Positions 46,197 through 55,814 of a stretch of 59,678 nt of DNA are shown here, in pieces. The stretch covers positions 1-59,678 of the forward strand of contig DATEYD010000039.1 of the NCBI GenBank assembly GCA_035583445.1, given 5' to 3'. This DNA is from Minisyncoccota bacterium (lineage in GTDB: Bacteria > Patescibacteriota > Minisyncoccia > 2-02-FULL-40-12 > GWA2-44-9). The notes under the pieces are model-generated. The model was not told where the DNA came from, did no database searches, and saw nothing but the letters and a program-made list of their open reading frames with translations. A program made the position numbers and the translations under genes. Every line of letters begins with the position of its first letter. Position 1 is the stretch's first letter.

Positions 46197-47932
46197 GGCG
46201 ATTGCAGGGTTACCTCGATCCGTTGCCAGGCCTCGAGCAGATCGATCTCGCCACTGAAATCGGCAAATCCGGGTTTGGTGACCGTCAGCGTGTATGAGGT
46301 GTTCTGGAGTTCCGTGAAGTATGCCTGCCCAGGAACCAGACAATTGGATGAAAAATTGATTGTCACGTCATCCACGGAAGGCGTAGCGTCCGGATCGGTC
46401 GTTTCGAGGGTTGCTCGATAGCGGAGATATCGGTTATTGGCCACGACTACGGGAAGTCCCTGTCCCAGAGCGGTGAAGTATGTCGCTGCGGTGCCATCCG
46501 GGCCGACATAGTTCCACGTTGCAAGGTCGTTGTTGGCGGCGATCTGGAACCGGACATCGGTGCCCGACAGTTCAGTTGCGGTCCAATCCAGGGTTTGAGG
46601 GGTCGTTCCCGCCGTTCCCAGATCAATCGTACGTGACTCCAGCCACTGGCTGGCGCTGGCATACTGACCGTCGACGCTGGCGATGGTGATAGACCCGCCG
46701 ATCTCCACATCCTCGGAACGGTCGGTGAACGATCCCTCGCTCCAGACGGTATCGGTCACCGACCATTGGCCGGTGGTGCGGGTTCGGCCATAGGCACCGC
46801 CCGCGATGCGGACCGTCGCGCCATCCACGGGCGTACCATCGGCGGCAGCGACCGCGATGGTCGCGACCGTCGGCGAACGTGATGCGACAAGCCAGGTCAT
46901 CTCGTGGGTCGTGTCAGGATCCACGATCATACTGAGGTTCGTCGCGGTGCCCGCGATCGCCATGAGCGTATCGGTCGCTTCGAGCGTGTAGGTGTCCCAC
47001 GCGAGCTGGTCCAGGATGAGCTGGCCTGAAGCGCCGATGGTATGTGACTGGGCATACTGCGGCACATCGGGTTCTGTCGCGATGACGCGGACCCCGGTCA
47101 TAAGAAAGTCCAATGACGCCGGAGCGGCGCAAAAAGGATCTCGGACATTGACGGTCAGCTCCGATACGAGGTCGATGCGCAACGAGCTGATCGTCAGCGC
47201 CTGGGTGGCGACGGTCGCATCGGGCTGCGTCGTGTTCGGCGGGTTCCCGGGCGGGTACGTCTGATCGGACGAATACCCCGGTTTGCTGACCTCGATGTGA
47301 TACGCAGCCGATCCGGTTGCGATATCGACGAGCTGAAGCTCGCCGTTCAGGTTTGTGCTGTCCGTCAGGTTGATCGCAGCGGCCGGGTTGGTTACATGCA
47401 CGGTCGCACCTGCGACCGGCTCGCCCGAGGCGTCGAGCACACGGACGAAAAGGTTGCCGTTCTTGGTCGAACTCTCGAGGTTCTTTGGGGCCACATAGGT
47501 GGACATGCGGATGAGGTCGTATCGCGGGCAGACATCGCAGATGATCTGGAATTCGACGAGCTTGTAATCCGCTGGCGCCGTGTCGTTCGGTTCGCTGCCC
47601 AGGACGCCATCGAACGGGTCGTCAATGTTGCGGACGAACGTGTGCAGCTCGTAGGGGATTTCGTCGACCACGATATCCTGGACCTGCGGCAGGAGACCGG
47701 TCGGAACGCCTCCCTCGGTGCCGACATCCTCGTATCGCATGTTCCGGACGAGCTCGATCTGGCTTTCGATGATGGAAAGGGCGGAGGAGTTGTACTGGGA
47801 CGATTGGATGATGTCCAATACGCTCCGATATCCGACGAAGATGCCGGTGGAGATGATCGCAAAAACCGCGAGGCCGATCAGGGTCTCGATGAGCGTGAAC
47901 CCCCGTGATGTGCGAAGTCCCTCCTGGTGCAT
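46193..47932 (-). CDS. giant pilin-like protein (~580 aa) with a CarboxypepD_reg-like insert
   Basis: MHQEGLRTSRG|FTLIETLIGLAVF is the prepilin-type N-terminus. LFVRVLDASGEPVAGATVHVTNP...YHIEVSKPGY is the insert. The ORF track start at 47938 is a TTG. Confidence 0.8.
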   Translation of the reverse strand: MHQEGLRTSRGFTLIETLIGLAVFAIISTGIFVGYRSVLDIIQSSQYNSSALSIIESQIELVRNMRYEDVGTEGGVPTGLLPQVQDIVVDEIPYELHTFVRNIDDPFDGVLGSEPNDTAPADYKLVEFQIICDVCPRYDLIRMSTYVAPKNLESSTKNGNLFVRVLDASGEPVAGATVHVTNPAAAINLTDSTNLNGELQLVDIATGSAAYHIEVSKPGYSSDQTYPPGNPPNTTQPDATVATQALTISSLRIDLVSELTVNVRDPFCAAPASLDFLMTGVRVIATEPDVPQYAQSHTIGASGQLILDQLAWDTYTLEATDTLMAIAGTATNLSMIVDPDTTHEMTWLVASRSPTVATIAVAAADGTPVDGATVRIAGGAYGRTRTTGQWSVTDTVWSEGSFTDRSEDVEIGGSITIASVDGQYASASQWLESRTIDLGTAGTTPQTLDWTATELSGTDVRFQIAANNDLATWNYVGPDGTAATYFTALGQGLPVVVANNRYLRYRATLETTDPDATPSVDDVTINFSSNCLVPGQAYFTELQNTSYTLTVTKPGFADFSGEIDLLEAWQRIEVTLQSP

Positions 47933-47934
47933 GA

Positions 47935-49008
47935 TCAACGGCCGAGCGTCTGTGAGATGGAATAGATTGGCGTGATGATGGAGATGGCGACGAACACGAC
48001 GACCCCACCCATGATCAACAGCATCGCTGGCTCGAGGATATTACTGAAGTTCTTGGTCGCGCCATCGAGCTCTCCTTCGTAGAAGTCCGCGAGGAAGATG
48101 AGCGTTTCGTCCAATTTGCCGGTGTTCTCGCCGACGGCCGCCATCTGGGAGAACGTCGCCGGGAAGAGTTTGGGGTTGGCGATCATGGACCGGCTCATCG
48201 GCTCACCGCCCTGGACCGCCTTCGAGATCTCGAGGATTTCCTGCCGATAGACGCGATTGGCTAACGTCGCGCTCGTAATCTCGAGCGCCTGGACGATCTT
48301 CACGCCGCCGCGCAGCAGCAGGTTCATGGTACGGGCGATGGTGACCACATTGACGTATGTCGACATACGGCCAACGAACGGAAGGCCTAAGATGAACCGA
48401 TGCCAGCGCATCCGGATCGGGGGATTCTGGATGGCGACAAAGAAAAGGATGACGAGCGCGATTAACCCGAAAAACACCCATACCCCGTACGCGAACATGA
48501 ACTCGGAAAGCGCGATGAAGATCCGAGTGGTCAGGGGGAGGGTGACGTTCAGCGACGTCAGGACCGGGAGGATCTTCGGAAAGATGAAGAATGACATAAT
48601 ACCTGTCACACCCACCGTCGCGAACAGAATGACGATAGGGTAGGCCATCGCGCCCCGGATCTTCTTATTCAGCTCGTTCTTTTTCTCCAGCTCGATCGCG
48701 AGGTATTTGAAGTTCTCCGAGAGCGTGCCGGACGTCTCGCCGACGCGGACGAGGTTGATGAAGAAGTCGCCGAACAGACGTCCGAACTTCTCCATCGCGA
48801 CGGACAAGTAGTGGCCGTTGCGCACGTCCGCGATCAGGCTGTCGAGCACCTTGACGAACGGCTTTGACGTCGTCTGTTTCTTGAGGACCTCGAGCGCCTC
48901 CAGTACCTGCATCCCCGAACGCGTCATCATCTCCATGTGGCGCGCAAAGAGCATGCGGTCGCGCAGGGACAGTCGGAAGAATAGGGTGTTGAGATTCGTC
49001 TTACTCAT
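47935..49008 (-). CDS. pilC: type IV pilus / T2SS platform protein (GspF/PilC family)
   Basis: GspF-type repeats and TM helices (RGAMAYPIVILFATVGV, ILEPAMLLIMGGVV). The first ATG is at 49008; the ORF track start at 49017 is a GTG. Confidence 0.9.
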   Translation of the reverse strand: MSKTNLNTLFFRLSLRDRMLFARHMEMMTRSGMQVLEALEVLKKQTTSKPFVKVLDSLIADVRNGHYLSVAMEKFGRLFGDFFINLVRVGETSGTLSENFKYLAIELEKKNELNKKIRGAMAYPIVILFATVGVTGIMSFFIFPKILPVLTSLNVTLPLTTRIFIALSEFMFAYGVWVFFGLIALVILFFVAIQNPPIRMRWHRFILGLPFVGRMSTYVNVVTIARTMNLLLRGGVKIVQALEITSATLANRVYRQEILEISKAVQGGEPMSRSMIANPKLFPATFSQMAAVGENTGKLDETLIFLADFYEGELDGATKNFSNILEPAMLLIMGGVVVFVAISIITPIYSISQTLGR

Positions 49009-50719
49009 GGATGACACGCAGCACTTCCTCGATGGTCGTCTTACCCTCGACTGCCTTCAGGAATCCGTCCTCCAGCAGGGTGGTCATCCCGTTCTTCACG
49101 GCGATGCGCTTCACCTCGCCGGCATCAGCACGGCGCATGATGGCCTCGCGGATGAAGTCGCTCATCTCCAGGATCTCGTAGATGCCCAATCGGCCGAAGT
49201 ACCCGGTATGGTTACAGACGTCGCACCCCTTTCCCACGAAAAATTCACGGTGGTTCCCGAGCAGGGCTTCGGGAACGCTCTCCTTGAGCGCGGCGAACTC
49301 GGCATCCGTGATGCGTCGCGGCGTTTTACAGTGGGGACAGATGGTGCGGACCAAACGTTGGCCGATGGCGACATTCACGGTCGAGGCGACCAGGAACGGC
49401 TCCACCCCCATATCCAGCAATCGGGGCAACGTCGTTGCCGCATCGTTCGTGTGCAGCGTTGCCAAGAGCTTGTGACCGGTCAGTGCAGCGTTGACTGCGA
49501 TGGATGCGGTCTCCTCATCGCGGATCTCACCGACCATGATGATGTTCGGATCCTGCCGGAGGATCGAGCGCAACCCGGCGGCGAAGGTAAGCCCGGTTCG
49601 GGTGTTCACCTGGATCTGGTCCACGCCGTCCAACGAATACTCGATCGGGTCCTCCAGGGTGATGATCTGGACCTCGCGGGTGTTGAGCTCCTTGAGGATG
49701 GTGTAGAGCGTCGTGGTCTTTCCGGACCCGGTCGGCCCGGTCGCCAGGATCATCCCATACGGCGTTTGGACCGCGTGGCGGATCTTCGCCCGATTGTCGT
49801 CGGTGAATGCCAGATCCTCGAGCGAGTTGATCGATGTCTGTTCCGCCAAGAGCCGCAGGACGGCGTTCTCTCCGTAGTACGTGGGGACGATGCTGACACG
49901 GACATCGAAGAGCGTCTCGGGCTTCACGATACGCATACGGAACCGCCCGTCCTGGGCCGCCTGGTGTTCGTCGGTGCGCATGCCGCCAAGCACCTTGATG
50001 CGGGCGATGATGCCCGGCTGTAAGGCTTTGGCGAACGAGAATACGTCATTGAGAATGCCGTCGACGCGCATGCGCGCGAGAAAGCTCTCCTCGAATGGCT
50101 CGAGGTGGATGTCCGATGCGCGTGCCAAGAACGCGTACGTCATCATGTCGTCGACGAGCGAGATGATGGAAATATCCGCTTCCGAGCGCTTGAGCGTTTC
50201 CTCGAGTCGAGTGCGGGTCTCGATGGCAAGCTGCGCCCGTTCGGGCCCGGAGATTCCCAGCGGCTTCGCCGCCGCCGGCCCGGCCTCAGCATTCTTGCTA
50301 GAGACCTTCTGCTTCGGTACTGCCCGTGGGGCGGGCACAGGCGCACCGCCTACCATCGCCGCCGTCGTCGAGATGATCGTCTCTGCTCCGGCGTCCCGCT
50401 TGATTAGGTACGACGTCGCGCCCAACTCTGTCGCCTTCTTGATGTCGTCGGCGTTGTTCGTGGCGAAGAGCACCAGGATGGGCGCCTTCGCGTCCTCTTC
50501 GCGCATGTCCTTCAGGATGGCCCAGCCATCGGGCTTGCCGACAACCGGTAAGTCCAGAATCACCACATCCGGCGCGTTTGCCTTGAACTGCTTCACGCCG
50601 TCTGCACCGTTCTCCGCGTGAATGACCGCGAACCCTTGATGAGTAAGCTTCTCTGACAGCACTTGAGCGACGAAGAAGTTGTCCTCGACGATCAAAACCT
50701 GTTTGTTTCCCTTAGCCAT
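49001..50719 (-). CDS. pilB: receiver (REC) domain fused to a PilB/GspE-type assembly ATPase
   Basis: The N-terminus VLIVEDNFF...VVILDL...LVLFAT...YLIKR carries all receiver signature positions. The C-terminal part has the Walker A motif GPTGSGKTTT, an Asp box and a tetracysteine CPHC...CDVC. Confidence 0.9.
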   Translation of the reverse strand: MAKGNKQVLIVEDNFFVAQVLSEKLTHQGFAVIHAENGADGVKQFKANAPDVVILDLPVVGKPDGWAILKDMREEDAKAPILVLFATNNADDIKKATELGATSYLIKRDAGAETIISTTAAMVGGAPVPAPRAVPKQKVSSKNAEAGPAAAKPLGISGPERAQLAIETRTRLEETLKRSEADISIISLVDDMMTYAFLARASDIHLEPFEESFLARMRVDGILNDVFSFAKALQPGIIARIKVLGGMRTDEHQAAQDGRFRMRIVKPETLFDVRVSIVPTYYGENAVLRLLAEQTSINSLEDLAFTDDNRAKIRHAVQTPYGMILATGPTGSGKTTTLYTILKELNTREVQIITLEDPIEYSLDGVDQIQVNTRTGLTFAAGLRSILRQDPNIIMVGEIRDEETASIAVNAALTGHKLLATLHTNDAATTLPRLLDMGVEPFLVASTVNVAIGQRLVRTICPHCKTPRRITDAEFAALKESVPEALLGNHREFFVGKGCDVCNHTGYFGRLGIYEILEMSDFIREAIMRRADAGEVKRIAVKNGMTTLLEDGFLKAVEGKTTIEEVLRVIHE

Positions 50720-51110
50720 GGGCGAGTTCTTGAATGCGGGCGATGATGTCGGAAAGACTGGACGTCTTTTTCATGAAGTCGACTGCGCCGAGCTCCTGCG
50801 CGATGTTCTTGTCGATCCACGCGTGGTCCACGTCTTCCTCGCCGAATGCACTCAGGAAGAGGATGGGGATGCCCTTGAGCTCAGGATCGCCCTTCAATGC
50901 AACGACCGCCTCCGTGCCGGACATCACGGGCATGCGGACGTCCATCACGATCAATGCCGGCGCATGATGCTGAGCTGCGGCGATCGCTTCCTTGCCGTTC
51001 CCAGCGATAGCGACGTCGAAGCCAACAGCCTCCAGCTTCATGCGGAGGATGTCGCGCAGTTTCTCATCGTCATCAACAATCAACACCAGTGGCTTCGAAG
51101 CGTCAGCCAT
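50712..51110 (-). CDS. stand-alone CheY-like response regulator
   Basis: 132 aa. LIVDDDEKL, LIVMDVRMP, LFLSAFG and DFMKK motifs. Confidence 0.9.
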   Translation of the reverse strand: MADASKPLVLIVDDDEKLRDILRMKLEAVGFDVAIAGNGKEAIAAAQHHAPALIVMDVRMPVMSGTEAVVALKGDPELKGIPILFLSAFGEEDVDHAWIDKNIAQELGAVDFMKKTSSLSDIIARIQELAHG

Positions 51111-51128
51111 ATGTACCAGTATACCACG

Positions 51129-52724
51129 CTAGCGGACTGAGCTGATGCGCACGAAGAATGTGCTGCCCTTGTTCGTTCCCGGTGAAGTCGCCCAGATGTC
51201 CCCATGGTGTGCTTGGACGATCTGCTTTGCGATATACAGGCCCAATCCCGAGCCTATGTACGCGTGCTCGGTCGACGGATCGCGGACGTATTGCATGAAG
51301 ATCCGGGGAAGAACCGCAGGGGGGATTCCGCGTCCGGTGTCCGCGACGGAGATCAGGATATTCGTCCCTTCATTACCGATACGAACATGGACGGTGCCTT
51401 GATCGGTATACTTGCATGCGTTGTCGATGATGTTTTGGATCACTTGGCGGAATTTCACCGGGTCGACCCGGGCCCACGGCCGCGTGGCATCGATGACCAG
51501 GTCGAGGCGCACCTGTTTCTGCTGGGCGGTGGGGGTGAGCTCGCGTATGACGTCCCCGGTCAGCTGCACGATATTCGTGCGCTTGAAGTCGTACTTCACC
51601 TTACCCTCCTCAAGTCGGCGCAGGTCCAAGAAATCGTCTACCAGCCGCACCAACTGATCAGCCGAAAGCTCGATGTCGTGCGCGGTCTTGATGGCAGTTG
51701 CCGGGAGCTTCCCGAGGGATCCGTCAGTGAATAACTGCGCTTGCCATTTAATCGCGGCCAGGGGCGCCTTGATCTGGTGGGAGGCGAAGGATAGGAATTG
51801 CGACTTCATACGCCCCAATTCCTGCAGCCGTGCATTGGCCTCCTGCAGCGACTCCGTCATTTTATGCATGTGTTCGTTCTGCTGGATCTCGTTTTTGACG
51901 CTTCGGATGAGAAAGGTGCCGAATCCGGTTGCCAGAACGATGCCGAGGACGTTCATTGCCCGCAAGAACGGGTCGTTCGTGAAAATCGCTTGTGAGAACA
52001 GGGCGGCGACCAGGGCGATGGTGAAGAGCTCGGCCCCGATGACCCGGATGCGCATAAAATGGTTGCGCACGATGGCCAGGGCGATGAACGAGACCATGAT
52101 GATCGTAGAGAGCGGTCCCAGGCCGATATATTTCGCGTTCCCCAGCTGCACGAGGATGATATTCAGGGCGCTGCCGATGACGGCCGTCGCGAACGTCCCC
52201 ATGAACACCATCATCAGCGCCCCACGCTCGTTCCGGTCGGTGCTGGCGCGATAGCGCTGGTAGAGGCGGCCGAACGACGCCGCCATCAATGCCGCGAAGT
52301 AGAAGATGAAGTAGAGGTGCTGTGGGCCGAGGATGATGTATCGATTGCCGTTGCCGGCATCGATGACCCTGCGGATGAAATCGGGAGAGCCGAAGGCGAG
52401 GGCAATGATCGCTAGTGCGCCGCCGATCACAATCGTGTGGTGGTAGGTCGGGAGCGTGCGTCCGGTGAAGAACAGCACGAAATACCAGAAGGTCACCGCG
52501 ATCGCGGTCCCGCTCGCATACGCGAACGCAAGCGCAAGCCGCATGTGTTCCGGGTCGACAAATAAACGCAATGCAAGGATCGAGGCGATCCAGGAGATCA
52601 CCGATCCGATGAACACGACGTACGCGACATGGGTCCGCTGCTTCGGACTGTCGAGGTAGATAACGAAACCCAGAGCGCCGCAAAAGAAGCCAACAACCGC
52701 AAGCGCGCCAGAAAGCATGTCCAT
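51129..52724 (-). CDS. sensor histidine kinase with a multi-pass (about 7 TM) N-terminal domain
   Basis: H-box FLSFASHQIKAPL, N-box QVIQNIIDNACKY, and G-boxes DTGRGIPP and GSGLGLYIAKQIV. Confidence 0.9.
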   Translation of the reverse strand: MDMLSGALAVVGFFCGALGFVIYLDSPKQRTHVAYVVFIGSVISWIASILALRLFVDPEHMRLALAFAYASGTAIAVTFWYFVLFFTGRTLPTYHHTIVIGGALAIIALAFGSPDFIRRVIDAGNGNRYIILGPQHLYFIFYFAALMAASFGRLYQRYRASTDRNERGALMMVFMGTFATAVIGSALNIILVQLGNAKYIGLGPLSTIIMVSFIALAIVRNHFMRIRVIGAELFTIALVAALFSQAIFTNDPFLRAMNVLGIVLATGFGTFLIRSVKNEIQQNEHMHKMTESLQEANARLQELGRMKSQFLSFASHQIKAPLAAIKWQAQLFTDGSLGKLPATAIKTAHDIELSADQLVRLVDDFLDLRRLEEGKVKYDFKRTNIVQLTGDVIRELTPTAQQKQVRLDLVIDATRPWARVDPVKFRQVIQNIIDNACKYTDQGTVHVRIGNEGTNILISVADTGRGIPPAVLPRIFMQYVRDPSTEHAYIGSGLGLYIAKQIVQAHHGDIWATSPGTNKGSTFFVRISSVR

Positions 52725-52741
52725 AGAAAGAGGAAGAAAAA

Positions 52742-52777
52742 GCCCCGCATCCCCATGATACCACGAGGGGGCGGGGC
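52742..52777 (-). terminator. terminator hairpin after the KAS III gene; its loop carries TGGTATCAT (extended -10, 52755-52763) for the kinase operon
   Basis: GCCCCGC CCCC...GGGG..GCGGGGC followed by TTTTTCTT on the minus strand. Confidence 0.5.
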
Positions 52778-52784
52778 GAGCGCG

Positions 52785-53873
52785 TCAGGGGACGCGCACA
52801 ACGGCGGTGCCGTACTGCCAGCCGGCGCCGATGGCGGCGAGGAGCACGAGATCACCGGAGCGGATCCGGCCCTGCTGCTTGGCCTCGGTATACGCGACCG
52901 GCACGGTCGCGGTGTCCAGGTTGCCGTAGCGCTCGACGTGCACCTCGACGCGGTCGATCGGGATGCCGTTTTCGGTGGTGATACGCTCGAGCAGGCGGTG
53001 GTTCACCTGGTGGATGATGAACCGGTCGAACTCGGTCATCGTCAGCCCGGTCGCGGCCTGCATCTCCTGAAGGATCCTCCGGAAGAGGTGTGACGCTTCG
53101 CGGGCGATGAGCCGGGTATCCATGTTGAACCGGTGCAGGTATGCGCTGACCGTCGCATGGGTCGCCGGGTACAGGGAGCCGCCCCCGAGGTACTCGATGG
53201 GGTTGTTCGTGGGCGCCACGCCGACCGAAGAGCGCAGGATGCCAGCGCCCGGGCGATCGGATGCTTCGACCACGAATGCCGCGGCGCCTTCGCCGAAGAT
53301 GTAGATGCCCGCCCGTTCCCGGGACAGGTATCCTTCGCGTTCGGGACTGGGCATCCCTTCGTAGGCGGTGATGTAGGACCCCGGAGAAACCGAGCCGACG
53401 ACCAGCAGGCGCTTGCGCTTGCCCGCGCGGATGTCGGAATCAGCCAGGTCAAGCGCGAACAGGAACCCTCCGCACCCGACCGCGGTCAGGCCGACCGCGG
53501 ACGAAAACGTCTCCTCTTCCTTCTCCCGCATGCCCAGTCTGGCGTGCAGGGTGCACGCGGGATCAGGCAGCAACTGGCGGGGAGTCGTCGTCGCCCAGTA
53601 CACGCGGTCGATGTCCGATGCGGCGACGCCGGCATCGTCCAGCGCCATGCGAGCGGCGGCGACGCTCTGGGTCAGGTCGTAGTCGGGCAGCCCCGTGCGG
53701 GCCGTGAAGTCGAACGACGACGTCCGCGTGATGATGCCCAGCTTGGAGTACACCCAGTCGGGCGTCCACCGCGGTTCGTCCGTAGGCTTCGGCAGGTACC
53801 GGTAGATCTCCTCGTTGGTGGCGCGGACCGGCGGCAGGCTCATGCCACAGCCGGTGATGACGGGTATTGGCAT
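52785..53873 (-). CDS. beta-ketoacyl-ACP synthase III family protein (FabH-like)
   Basis: The start is MPIPVITG at 53873, with AAGGGGG upstream. The candidate catalytic triad is Cys (VGCGGFLFAL), His (IIHQVN) and Asn (YGNLDTATVP). Confidence 0.85.
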   Translation of the reverse strand: MPIPVITGCGMSLPPVRATNEEIYRYLPKPTDEPRWTPDWVYSKLGIITRTSSFDFTARTGLPDYDLTQSVAAARMALDDAGVAASDIDRVYWATTTPRQLLPDPACTLHARLGMREKEEETFSSAVGLTAVGCGGFLFALDLADSDIRAGKRKRLLVVGSVSPGSYITAYEGMPSPEREGYLSRERAGIYIFGEGAAAFVVEASDRPGAGILRSSVGVAPTNNPIEYLGGGSLYPATHATVSAYLHRFNMDTRLIAREASHLFRRILQEMQAATGLTMTEFDRFIIHQVNHRLLERITTENGIPIDRVEVHVERYGNLDTATVPVAYTEAKQQGRIRSGDLVLLAAIGAGWQYGTAVVRVP

Positions 53874-53971
53874 GCGGCAACCCCCTTTTTCGATGGAATG
53901 ACCTGTGCCGAGGATACCAGAATGGGGTCCCGGCGGGTATCCCAAGACGCGTGTTGCTTTTTATGTCCGGA

Positions 53972-53980
53972 TGATACAAT
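53972..53980 (+). promoter_or_regulatory. extended -10 TGATACAAT, 7 nt before the ATG at 53988
   Basis: Read directly. Confidence 0.4.
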
Positions 53981-53987
53981 GCCACAT

Positions 53988-54752
53988 ATGGCACAAGACC
54001 TTAGCCAACGCGTTCCCGGTATTTCCGTGGTCGGAGAAGCCGGTCCGGAGAACCAGGGGTTCCCGACTGTCGATGCGCTGAACGAGTCGTTCATTGACCG
54101 CATGGCCCGGGGCGCTTATTTGCGCCAAAAGAATATGGTGGGAGCGCCCGAATCGCAGATCCTCGGCGCAATCGATGTACAGGAGACCTCGTACGTCAAC
54201 GCGTTCAAGGAGTTCTGGGAGAAGAAAGGCATGCCGGTGGACAATATGGCGCGCAAACTCGCATGGCAGAAGGTGCGCAAGATGGCCATCGATCGCTACG
54301 CCGCATACATCCAGAACCCGCCCACGGAAGCACCTGCCACGAGAGCATCACCCGTTCCCAAGCCCATCGTGGAGCCGCCCCCCACGCCCGCTGAAGAACC
54401 AGAGGAATATCCCGTCGCGGAGATCATCCCCGAGGTTCCTGAGAATCTACTGATCGATCGGTGGTATAAATGGAATATGGAGAAACTCAGCGCAGAAACG
54501 CTCGGGAACTTCAACGCGAGGTTCGTATGGGAACTGAGTAGGGCGATGAGTCAGCTCTCGAAGGATCCCTCGGAGCGCGACTCGCAGATGAAGGAGATCC
54601 GCGGCATCTACGACAGCATCGTCTTCCGCATGTACCAGAACGCGAATCCTGGCATTGAGCTAGATACGCTTCGGGAGGAATTCCAGCGAGCACTGCCGAG
54701 CTATTGGCAATCGGTGCTTGAAGCCCTCAGGCTGCATACGCCGCAATCGTAG
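53988..54752 (+). CDS. hypothetical protein with a central Pro/Glu-rich linker
   Basis: This is the C-terminal part of ORF 53133..54752; the upstream part of that ORF is antisense to the KAS III gene. Candidate starts are 53979 or 53988. No family was recognised. Confidence 0.55.
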   Translation: MAQDLSQRVPGISVVGEAGPENQGFPTVDALNESFIDRMARGAYLRQKNMVGAPESQILGAIDVQETSYVNAFKEFWEKKGMPVDNMARKLAWQKVRKMAIDRYAAYIQNPPTEAPATRASPVPKPIVEPPPTPAEEPEEYPVAEIIPEVPENLLIDRWYKWNMEKLSAETLGNFNARFVWELSRAMSQLSKDPSERDSQMKEIRGIYDSIVFRMYQNANPGIELDTLREEFQRALPSYWQSVLEALRLHTPQS

Positions 54753-54754
54753 GC

Positions 54755-55729
54755 ATGGAACTCCTCGCCATCATCCTCCTCGTCGTCGTGCTTGCCGCGA
54801 TGGGATACATCGCGTTCTTGCTCCGTCGTCCGAAATCCGATCTCTCCGACCCGATGATCGAGCTGACGAAGCAGCTGTACCAGCAGCTGGAACACACCCG
54901 GCAGGCATCTGAGCGATCCACGCAGTCCGTCTTGTCACAGGTACAGTCCTTCACGAGGGGGATGACCGAGCTGCAGGAGGAAGTGAAGCGCGTGCAGGAA
55001 CAGGTCCAGCACGTCGTATCCTTCCAGGACATCTTCCGATCGCCGAAGCTGCGCGGCAACTGGGGCGAATACTCATTGGAGAGCGCACTGTCGCAATATT
55101 TCCCTCGGGGGGCTTGGGAAGTGCAGCATACGTTCGCATCCGGCGACATCGTCGATGCGATCCTGAAGCTGCCCAACGACCTCATCGTGCCGATCGATTC
55201 CAAGTTCAACTGGGAGAACTTCCAGAAGATGGCGGAGTCCGACAATGATATCGCCCGCGATGGGTTCCGGAAGCAGTTCCTGAGCGACGTGAAGAAGAAA
55301 GTGGACGAGATTGCGTCCAAATACATCCTGCCCGGCGAGGGTACGACCGATTTCGCGCTCATGTACGTGCCTGCCGAGACGGTCTACTACGAGATCATCA
55401 ACCATGTCCGTGAAGCCGACGTCACCGATTATGCGCGACGCAAGAAGGTCATCCTCTGCTCTCCCAGCACCTTCTATCTGACGGTCACCGCAGTCCAGCA
55501 TTGGTTCCATGACGTGGAGTTCTCGAAGCAGACCCGGGACATCTTCAAGCGGCTCGCACGGATCGTGCAGGATGCCGGCAAGCTTGCGGACGATTTCACG
55601 ATGCTCGGCAAGCACCTGACCAATGCCACGACCGCGCACGAAGGCGCGCAGAAGCGCCTGGACCTCCTGGTCGAGCGGACGCAGCGCGTCATCGAGCTGG
55701 GCGAAGAACAGAAGAAGCTCGAGCACTAA
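54755..55729 (+). CDS. rmuC: DNA recombination protein RmuC
   Basis: N-terminal TM segment and coiled coil. Contains RGNWGEYSLESAL, PIDSKF and DFALMYVPAETVYYE. Confidence 0.85.
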   Translation: MELLAIILLVVVLAAMGYIAFLLRRPKSDLSDPMIELTKQLYQQLEHTRQASERSTQSVLSQVQSFTRGMTELQEEVKRVQEQVQHVVSFQDIFRSPKLRGNWGEYSLESALSQYFPRGAWEVQHTFASGDIVDAILKLPNDLIVPIDSKFNWENFQKMAESDNDIARDGFRKQFLSDVKKKVDEIASKYILPGEGTTDFALMYVPAETVYYEIINHVREADVTDYARRKKVILCSPSTFYLTVTAVQHWFHDVEFSKQTRDIFKRLARIVQDAGKLADDFTMLGKHLTNATTAHEGAQKRLDLLVERTQRVIELGEEQKKLEH

Positions 55730-55814
55730 TAAGACGCCCCGGCAATGAAGCCGGAGCATTCGCGGGGGCACGTGGAAAAGAACGCCCCACAGCATACGGC
55801 CATGGGGCAGAGGA

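Noticed and set aside
48818-50023. 401-aa plus-strand ORF
   Set aside because: It is antisense to pilC and pilB, both of which carry diagnostic motifs, so it is a shadow ORF.
53133-53978. N-terminal 280 aa of the 539-aa plus-strand ORF
   Set aside because: This part is antisense to the KAS III gene and is Arg/Gly-rich. The real gene most likely starts at 53979 or 53988, behind an extended -10 box.
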